The position numbers were made by a program, and so were the translations under genes. Positions 1-4,282 of a DNA stretch of 8,892 nucleotides are shown in pieces. The stretch lies in IMG/VR virus record IMGVR_UViG_2534682109_000012; one strand, given 5' to 3'. The notes beneath the pieces were generated by a model. The model was not told the origin of the DNA, searched no databases, and saw only the letters and a list, made by a program, of their open reading frames with translations. Source of the stretch: a virus (Duplodnaviria > Heunggongvirae > Uroviricota > Caudoviricetes). The first letter of the stretch is position 1. The number at the start of each line of letters is the position of its first letter.

Positions 1-508
1 TTAACCAGTTAACAATTAACGCCGGATACAGAGAATCCCCCCATAACACTGTTTTTGGTTTTAACTGTTCCGCGTGCGCTGAGCCGCATTCACCGCATCA
101 CAAAATTCACTTTTAAAAAAGGGCGGCAGAGCAGTTACGGAGTAAAACTGATACCGCCAAATGTCACCAGAATATTGATAACAGAGGGCGTTGCAGCGGG
201 GTTGTCACTTAAGCGTATGGTCAACCTGACAACCCGGTGTCCTCAACGGGGAAGGAATAACCCCGCCATACTTACCGCCGCGCCATTTCGCGGATTGCCA
301 CAACCGGAAGCGCACGGTCGAATTAAATTTAACGACGGCTCTAAGGGAGAAGGACTTCGCCGTGCACTTTCGTGTTATGCCCTGACTTTTCAGGGATATA
401 TCCTTTCAGTAAACTGTCAGTGCCGGATTCTTATCTGTGTCCGGCGCACGACCACACGTAGCAGCGTGTTGGTCTCCATTTTTAATTCAGCCCTTAATGG
501 AGGATAAA

Positions 509-694
509 ATGCCAAACAAACCATGCCCTGCCTGTAACGCTCTTTCTGGCTTTTTAGAGAAGGGCGGTTATTACATTTTTAACTGTCCAGAACATGTTGA
601 ATTTCATATATCAAAACTTGACAGTATCATTACAAAGCCAAATCAGTATCAGTCTGATTTACTGAATAAAGAGTTAAACGCCGCCCGAGATTAA
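509..694 (+). CDS. Small hypothetical protein (61 aa) with a CxxC...CxxH zinc-ribbon-like motif
   Basis: ATG at 509 preceded by GGAGG (499-503) at 5 nt spacing; ORF runs to TAA at 692-694. Translation MPNKPCPACNALSGFLEKGGYYIFNCPEHVEF... carries CPAC and CPEH pairs about 16 residues apart. The longer track ORF from 437 has no RBS and is probably an over-extension. No family recognised. Confidence 0.5.
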   Translation: MPNKPCPACNALSGFLEKGGYYIFNCPEHVEFHISKLDSIITKPNQYQSDLLNKELNAARD

Positions 695-880
695 GGGCGT
701 AGTGGCCCATTAAAAATATTGCAAAGACCAACTATTGTTGAACTGGATTAAACCAGTAATTCTCTATTGCTCTTATTGTTACCATCGGATGATTGCCGGG
801 GGTTATTTTAAGTTCGGGAGGAAAAGGCTCTCCATCAGCAGCCATCATTGAGTATGTGAAATCCGCCGACGCAGTCCCTT

Positions 881-1270
881 TCATGATAATTCCGAATTTT
901 TCAAGTAATGAGAGCAGTTCCGGTAATCCTGTGTCATCTGAATAACTTTCCTCATAGAAAGAAGCGATTGCCGCAGGAGATGACAGTTCTCGCTCTGCAA
1001 TTTTTTTGTAGTTTTCCAGAATTCTTTTTTTGAATACTTTTCCTCGACATGAAAACCCATCACCGAGGCAATCCGCTTTGCAGTTTCTTCAGTATTCTGG
1101 TTGTTTGTTACCGAAACAGAGTACAATCCGGTAAACGCATCGCGCACATTACGAGCCATATTATCAATGTATTTCTTCGTTGCAGATTCTAATTCAACTT
1201 CGTTCAGACGTTGGTGAAGTGCATGTGCTGCAATTTCCTGGATTTCTTTTAGTAAATCTTTAAATTCCAT
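881..1270 (-). CDS. Hypothetical protein (129 aa), last gene of the leftward early operon
   Basis: ATG (complement of 1268-1270) preceded on the minus strand by GGAG; it starts 11 nt after the stop of the upstream 42-aa gene. Only long ORF in this interval; no family recognised. Confidence 0.55.
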   Translation of the reverse strand: MEFKDLLKEIQEIAAHALHQRLNEVELESATKKYIDNMARNVRDAFTGLYSVSVTNNQNTEETAKRIASVMGFHVEEKYSKKEFWKTTKKLQSENCHLLRQSLLSMRKVIQMTQDYRNCSHYLKNSELS

Positions 1271-1281
1271 CTTTAACTCCG

Positions 1282-1410
1282 TTAGTCGTTAGATTTTGCC
1301 GAACTGGAAAGCGCCTGTTTAAACTCACTGAAGCTGAGAGCTTCCTCGCCTTCGGCAAGGCCTTCGAAGTATTCTTCGTAAGCCTTTTCCATGATTGTGT
1401 CGAAATCCAT
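1282..1410 (-). CDS. Small acidic hypothetical protein (42 aa); size and position resemble Rac-prophage YdaG-type small proteins
   Basis: Hand translation of the minus strand gives MDFDTIMEKAYEEYFEGLAEGEEALSFSEFKQALSSSAKSND. ATG is preceded by AGGTGA at 5 nt and lies 1 nt after the TGA of the upstream 51-aa gene (TGA-t-ATG), a tight coupling that argues for a real gene despite the small size. Not in the ORF track because it is shorter than the track cutoff. Confidence 0.45.
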   Translation of the reverse strand: MDFDTIMEKAYEEYFEGLAEGEEALSFSEFKQALSSSAKSND

Positions 1411-1411
1411 A

Positions 1412-1567
1412 TCACTCACCTGAGTTTCTTTCCAGCCAGCGACGGGCACCATTTTCGGTTTTAAACGTTTTGCTTTTGGTATACGTCATCGCGGTGAATG
1501 TACCGTCCTGGTTGGGAAACACGCCGTACACCAGAGATTCGTTGTTGCCAAGATCGATAGTATCCAT
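1412..1567 (-). CDS. Small hypothetical protein (51 aa); size and position resemble Rac-prophage YdaF-type small proteins
   Basis: Internal ATG (complement of 1565-1567) of track ORF 1412..1606, giving MDTIDLGNNESLVYGVFPNQDGTFTAMTYTKSKTFKTENGARRWLERNSGE; preceded by GAGGT at 4 nt. The track start at 1606 is a TTG without an RBS. Confidence 0.5.
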   Translation of the reverse strand: MDTIDLGNNESLVYGVFPNQDGTFTAMTYTKSKTFKTENGARRWLERNSGE

Positions 1568-1623
1568 GTTGACCTCATTTCCCCTTAACGCCGGGTAGCG
1601 GAACAAAAACCTGCTGCATAGTT

Positions 1624-1652
1624 ATTAAAGTTGAACCCTGCCGTCATGTTCA
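1624..1652 (-). promoter_or_regulatory. Candidate sigma70 promoter for the leftward small-gene operon
   Basis: On the minus strand: -35-like TGAACA (complement of 1647-1652), 17-bp spacer, -10-like TTTAAT (complement of 1624-1629), about 55 nt upstream of the 51-aa gene start. Hexamer matching only; speculative. Confidence 0.2.
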
Positions 1653-1754
1653 TACGCCTCGGGCTGGCTACTTACCCCCTGACCACTGCTTGGTAACTCG
1701 AAGTATTGCCCGGCGTTCTGTGGGGCGGGGTGGGTGGTTGGTGTATGTAATCTA

Positions 1755-1792
1755 CAATTAAAAACTGTTTTTGTGTCAACAGTTTTTAATTG
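1755..1792. promoter_or_regulatory. 38-bp perfect palindrome (15-bp arms CAATTAAAAACTGTT / AACAGTTTTTAATTG, 8-bp spacer); candidate distal operator (OL-like)
   Basis: Read directly: 1755-1769 is the exact reverse complement of 1778-1792. It shares the core AAAAACTGT / ACAGTTTTT with the palindrome at 2791-2825 in the divergent promoter region. On the minus strand the spacer and arm contain a perfect TTGACA (complement of 1774-1779). Confidence 0.5.
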
Positions 1793-1803
1793 TTGTTTTG
1801 GGC

Positions 1804-1826
1804 AAAAAAATCCCTCGAAAGAGGGA
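1804..1826 (-). terminator. Rho-independent terminator for the leftward TA operon
   Basis: TCCCTC-GAAA-GAGGGA hairpin (1811-1826, 6-bp stem, GAAA loop); on the minus strand it is followed by a run of 7 T (complement of the A-run at 1804-1810). It lies 18 nt downstream of the toxin stop codon (1845-1847). Confidence 0.55.
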
Positions 1827-1844
1827 GTATGAAAATTGTTCAAC

Positions 1845-2132
1845 TCAGATAGAGAAGGGAAATTGTCGCCGAGAATGTGTCACGCTTACAATCTCAATGC
1901 TTGAAGCAGCTACTCTGTACAGGATTATGTAGTTAGGGTGGGTCACGATCTCTCTCAATCCAGAAACCCGTTCGCTTGGTGGATATAAGTACGGATGCTC
2001 AGATAGAGGTAATACCGATGTTTCAATGCGTATTTTTAGTCTACGTGCTGCCGGTGGGTTCTCCTTGGCGATGTAAGTTATGATCTGGCGCAAATCATCG
2101 CGAGCAGACGGTAGCCATAAAATGGGTAACAT
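1845..2132 (-). CDS. parE2: ParE/RelE-family type II toxin (95 aa), third gene of the regulator-antitoxin-toxin operon
   Basis: Translation MLPILWLPSARDDLRQIITYIAKENPPAARRL...GLREIVTHPNYIILYRVAASSIEIVSVTHSRRQ has the conserved ParE pattern (N-terminal W..A..DL..I..YI, central GLRE, C-terminal NYIILYRV...IEIV.V.H.RR). Its ATG overlaps the antitoxin TAA by one base (TAATG). Symbol by analogy to the paaR2-paaA2-parE2 operon of E. coli O157:H7 prophages, recalled from memory. Confidence 0.8.
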   Translation of the reverse strand: MLPILWLPSARDDLRQIITYIAKENPPAARRLKIRIETSVLPLSEHPYLYPPSERVSGLREIVTHPNYIILYRVAASSIEIVSVTHSRRQFPFSI

Positions 2133-2323
2133 TACTCGCTCTTGTTAGTTACAGCAATTTGAGCAATAAGATTTTCCATTTCAGCCATTACCTCGTCATG
2201 TGGAATTGCGGGGCGAGTGTCTGCAAGGCTTGACGTTACTTTAGTGCGCAACCATTCGTTGTAACTGTTTTCTTGTTCGGTAGTTTCGAATTCTGAAACT
2301 ATCGGAGAAAGGGCTGTACCCAT
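2132..2323 (-). CDS. paaA2: PaaA2-like antitoxin (63 aa) of the three-component TA module
   Basis: Translation MGTALSPIVSEFETTEQENSYNEWLRTKVTSSLADTRPAIPHDEVMAEMENLIAQ matches my recollection of the PaaA2 antitoxin (63 aa). It sits immediately upstream of and overlapping the ParE gene; GAGGAG lies 7 nt before the ATG. Confidence 0.75.
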   Translation of the reverse strand: MGTALSPIVSEFETTEQENSYNEWLRTKVTSSLADTRPAIPHDEVMAEMENLIAQIAVTNKSE

Positions 2324-2350
2324 GGCATAACTCCTCTTCTTGTACTGTGG

Positions 2351-2752
2351 TCACGCCCGGCGGCTTTTTTGTGCCGCCAGCCACCTAGCAATGGTTTCTT
2401 CCATTGATTTTTTCTTGTCTTTGATTTCTTGAAGCATTTTTTCTTGGTCTTCCTCAGGAAACGCACTAAAAGCTTGGAGCAGTTCGCGTTGGCGAGGACC
2501 AATTTTCATCGTGTCAGGGGTGAAAATTTGCTCACACTCTTCAGGAGGCAATAAAAACCAATGCAATGGATGCCCTGAAACCTCAACCAGTTTATCCAAA
2601 CTTGAGGCTTTAGGTGTAGCCTTACCGCTGACCCATTGTTGAACAGTTTGTTGTGTCACACCAATTCTACGGGCAAGCTCAGCCTGGCTCCATCCAGTTT
2701 CCTGAAGAAGCTTGCTGATTCTGTACATAGATACTTCTAGGGCGCTCATCAT
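2351..2752 (-). CDS. paaR2: HTH (XRE/DicA-like) transcriptional regulator, PaaR2-like; CI-equivalent repressor of the immunity region
   Basis: Helix-turn-helix WSQAELARRIGVTQQTVQQWVSGKATP; the C-terminal LPPEE...RELLQAFSAFPEEDQEKMLQEIK segment resembles the DicA C-terminus, and there is no S24 peptidase domain. It is divergent from the Cro-like gene and first gene of the TA operon. The start is ambiguous (ATG at 2752 or 2749, neither with an SD), possibly leaderless. Confidence 0.8.
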   Translation of the reverse strand: MMSALEVSMYRISKLLQETGWSQAELARRIGVTQQTVQQWVSGKATPKASSLDKLVEVSGHPLHWFLLPPEECEQIFTPDTMKIGPRQRELLQAFSAFPEEDQEKMLQEIKDKKKSMEETIARWLAAQKSRRA

Positions 2753-2760
2753 TATTCAAT

Positions 2761-2766
2761 TTTACA
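2761..2766 (-). promoter_or_regulatory. Candidate -10 element (TAAAAT) for a leaderless regulator transcript
   Basis: On the minus strand TAAAAT lies 8 nt upstream of the regulator ATG and no SD is present, reminiscent of lambda pRM / cI. The -35 is weak. Speculative. Confidence 0.2.
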
Positions 2767-2790
2767 GGTAAATACTGTTAAAAGCATCAC

Positions 2791-2825
2791 AATAAAAAAC
2801 TGTTGATTGCATACAGTTTTTTATT
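2791..2825. promoter_or_regulatory. 35-bp perfect palindrome (13-bp arms AATAAAAAACTGT / ACAGTTTTTTATT, 9-bp spacer); candidate OR-like operator in the divergent promoter region
   Basis: Read directly: 2791-2803 is the reverse complement of 2813-2825. It lies between the divergent regulator and Cro-like genes, and an extra half-site-like AATACTGTTA sits at 2771-2780. Same core as the 1755-1792 palindrome. Confidence 0.5.
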
Positions 2826-2837
2826 GTAGGCTTTGCT

Positions 2838-2856
2838 TATAGTTTTTAGAGGAGGG
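2838..2856 (+). promoter_or_regulatory. Candidate -10 (TATAGT, 2838-2843) and RBS (GGAGGG, 2851-2856) for the rightward Cro-like operon
   Basis: TATAGT is a 5/6 match to TATAAT and GGAGGG lies 4 nt before the ATG at 2861. The -35 region would overlap the right arm of the palindrome. The short distance from -10 to RBS implies a very short leader; uncertain. Confidence 0.3.
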
Positions 2857-2860
2857 CAAA

Positions 2861-3133
2861 ATGCTAGATAGCACTCGCGAAAAAATTAGGCAGAAATACA
2901 CTCAGGCTGAAATAGGTCGTTATATGGGGGTCGCTCAACAGACTGTTTGGCAATGGTTTAGCTTTGGCGTTCCCCCAAAGCAGGTAATTCCGTTATGCCA
3001 ACTAATGAAGTGGGAAGTTACCCCGCATGAAATCCGCCCAGATATTTATCCTAACCCAACCGACGGTTTACCTGTTGGATGTAAGGTTAACACATCAAAT
3101 GCGCCGGAGTTGATTCATGAAAATCAAGCATGA
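2861..3133 (+). CDS. ydaS: Cro-like HTH DNA-binding protein, YdaS family (90 aa)
   Basis: HTH TQAEIGRYMGVAQQTVWQWFSFGVP followed by the EV..HEIRPDIY motif I associate with the YdaS family. It is divergent from the repressor with a strong RBS. Symbol by synteny and family resemblance, from memory. Confidence 0.7.
   Translation: MLDSTREKIRQKYTQAEIGRYMGVAQQTVWQWFSFGVPPKQVIPLCQLMKWEVTPHEIRPDIYPNPTDGLPVGCKVNTSNAPELIHENQA
3110..3127. promoter_or_regulatory. Perfect inverted repeat TTGATT-N6-AATCAA at the ydaS/ydaT junction; candidate YdaT (CII-like) binding site
   Basis: Read directly: TTGATTcatgaaAATCAA. It overlaps the ydaT start codon (3117-3119). I recall that YdaT of prophage CP-933P was reported to recognise a TTGATT-N6-AATCAA repeat; that recollection is unverified. 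Confidence 0.4.
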
Positions 3134-3542
3134 ACACATCCGCATGGCGATGAATGCCTGGGCGCATCCGGACGGCGAAAAAGTACCGGCTGCGAAAATT
3201 ACCAAAGCGTATTTCGAGCTGGGAATGACGTTCCCGGAACTGTATGACGACAGCCATCCGGAAGCCATGGCTCGCAATACTCAGAAAATTTTCCGCTGGG
3301 TGGAGAAAGACACTCCTGATGCGGTTAAAAAAATTCAGGCGTTGTTACCAGCGATCGAAAAAGCGATGCCGCCTCCGCTGGTGGCCCGAATGCGCAGCCA
3401 CAGTTCCGCTTATTTTCGGGAGTTGGTAGAGACGAAGGAACGGCTGGTGAAAGATATTGATGATTTCGTTGCATCAGCGATCGTTCTGTTCGATCAGATG
3501 AATCGTGGTGGCCCGGCAGGAAACACTCTGGCTGTGCATTAA
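3117..3542 (+). CDS. ydaT: YdaT-like protein (141 aa), proposed CII-functional-equivalent / toxic regulator of Rac-type prophages
   Basis: Second gene of the rightward operon; it overlaps the ydaS 3' end by 17 nt, with GGAG 8 nt upstream of the ATG. Length and position match YdaT of Rac/CP-933P; sequence family recognised from memory only. Confidence 0.7.
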   Translation: MKIKHEHIRMAMNAWAHPDGEKVPAAKITKAYFELGMTFPELYDDSHPEAMARNTQKIFRWVEKDTPDAVKKIQALLPAIEKAMPPPLVARMRSHSSAYFRELVETKERLVKDIDDFVASAIVLFDQMNRGGPAGNTLAVH

Positions 3543-3555
3543 TTGGGTAATAAAT

Positions 3556-4065
3556 ATGAGTAATGACAAAAAATTGACACTGAGCGTTTACGAAAACAGT
3601 CCGCACATCTGGCGTGGCGGTTTATCTGATGTGGAGCTGGCAGAGTGGTTGATACATAAAGCTAATGCGCTGCTCTGGCGTTTGTCAGCCAGAGAACAGC
3701 GCAAGGAAACCAGAATAAAGCTGGCTGATGCAGAAGCGTGTGCCGGGCTTATTGAGGATTATACAAATCTTGGTATTTCTTCAGCAGAGAGTGATCCCAT
3801 TCAGCCTCTGAGCAGGGAGTCAATCCAGCACGCTGGTTGTATGGCACATCTTGTAACTGCTCGTCAACATGAGGTGGGTATTGGATCACTTCCGGCGGGA
3901 TATTCGCTGATTCCAGAGCTGGTTGAAGCAAGAAAATCAGTTCAGAAAAAGAGAGATGACGCACTTCAATTATTGAGAGAGCACTATGGCGCGATACCAG
4001 AATGCGAACAGCGTCGATACCCTGAAGGTTATGAATGGATGCAGTCTCTTTTTGAAGTTCGCTAA
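3556..4065 (+). CDS. Hypothetical protein (169 aa), unknown function
   Basis: Internal ATG of track ORF 3505..4065, chosen because it starts 13 nt after the ydaT stop (the track start would overlap ydaT). The translation is protein-like (MSNDKKLTLSVYENSPHIWRGGLSDVELAEWLIHKANALLWRL...). No family recognised; weak SD. Confidence 0.5.
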   Translation: MSNDKKLTLSVYENSPHIWRGGLSDVELAEWLIHKANALLWRLSAREQRKETRIKLADAEACAGLIEDYTNLGISSAESDPIQPLSRESIQHAGCMAHLVTARQHEVGIGSLPAGYSLIPELVEARKSVQKKRDDALQLLREHYGAIPECEQRRYPEGYEWMQSLFEVR

Positions 4066-4282
4066 TCAATATGTCGAGACGAAGGTATGTTTCGGCGCGC
4101 AGCCAGGCTCTGTAATCCGGGAGCATTTCGGGGCTGTTACACCAGCGGTTTGTTGCTGCAACATTTAATACATGAGCCTGATAAAGGCTTTTCAAAAAAT
4201 ACATGTCGAACCTCCTCTGGTTCTGTCGATTGGGAACCACAGATTATATCCGGAGGAAGGTTCGGCACCAGATGAGGTAGCC

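Noticed and set aside
55-507. 150-aa ORF on the + strand
   Set aside because: TTG start, no RBS, and a compositionally odd translation (R/S/T/C-rich, no recognisable domain); probably a chance ORF in non-coding DNA. The region is treated as intergenic.
437-694. Longer 85-aa version of the zinc-ribbon ORF
   Set aside because: The upstream start has no SD, whereas the internal ATG at 509 has GGAGG at ideal spacing; the N-terminal extension is probably not translated.
695-708. GGGC-gtagtg-GCCC hairpin after the zinc-ribbon gene as a possible terminator
   Set aside because: Only a 4-bp stem and no U-run on either strand; too weak to call.
1625-1843. 72-aa ORF on the minus strand
   Set aside because: It spans the terminator hairpin and the 38-bp palindrome, has a low-complexity translation, and lies in what is better explained as the promoter/operator region of the leftward operon.
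2299-2502. 67-aa ORF on the minus strand inside the regulator gene
   Set aside because: Alternative frame overlapping the well-supported HTH regulator; Lys/Arg-rich translation typical of an out-of-frame artefact.
3095-3277. 60-aa minus-strand ORF and the 3244..3429 / 3325..3606 ORFs
   Set aside because: Antisense or out-of-frame overlaps of the well-supported ydaS/ydaT-like genes; no RBS.
3749-4240. 163-aa ORF on the minus strand overlapping the 169-aa + gene
   Set aside because: GTG start with no SD, antisense to the direction of the whole rightward operon. The + strand ORF fits operon context better. Not fully excluded; flagged in the findings for experimental resolution.
4087-4275. 62-aa + ORF in the gap before the initiator gene
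   Set aside because: No RBS, and an Arg/Cys/Gly-rich translation that looks non-coding.
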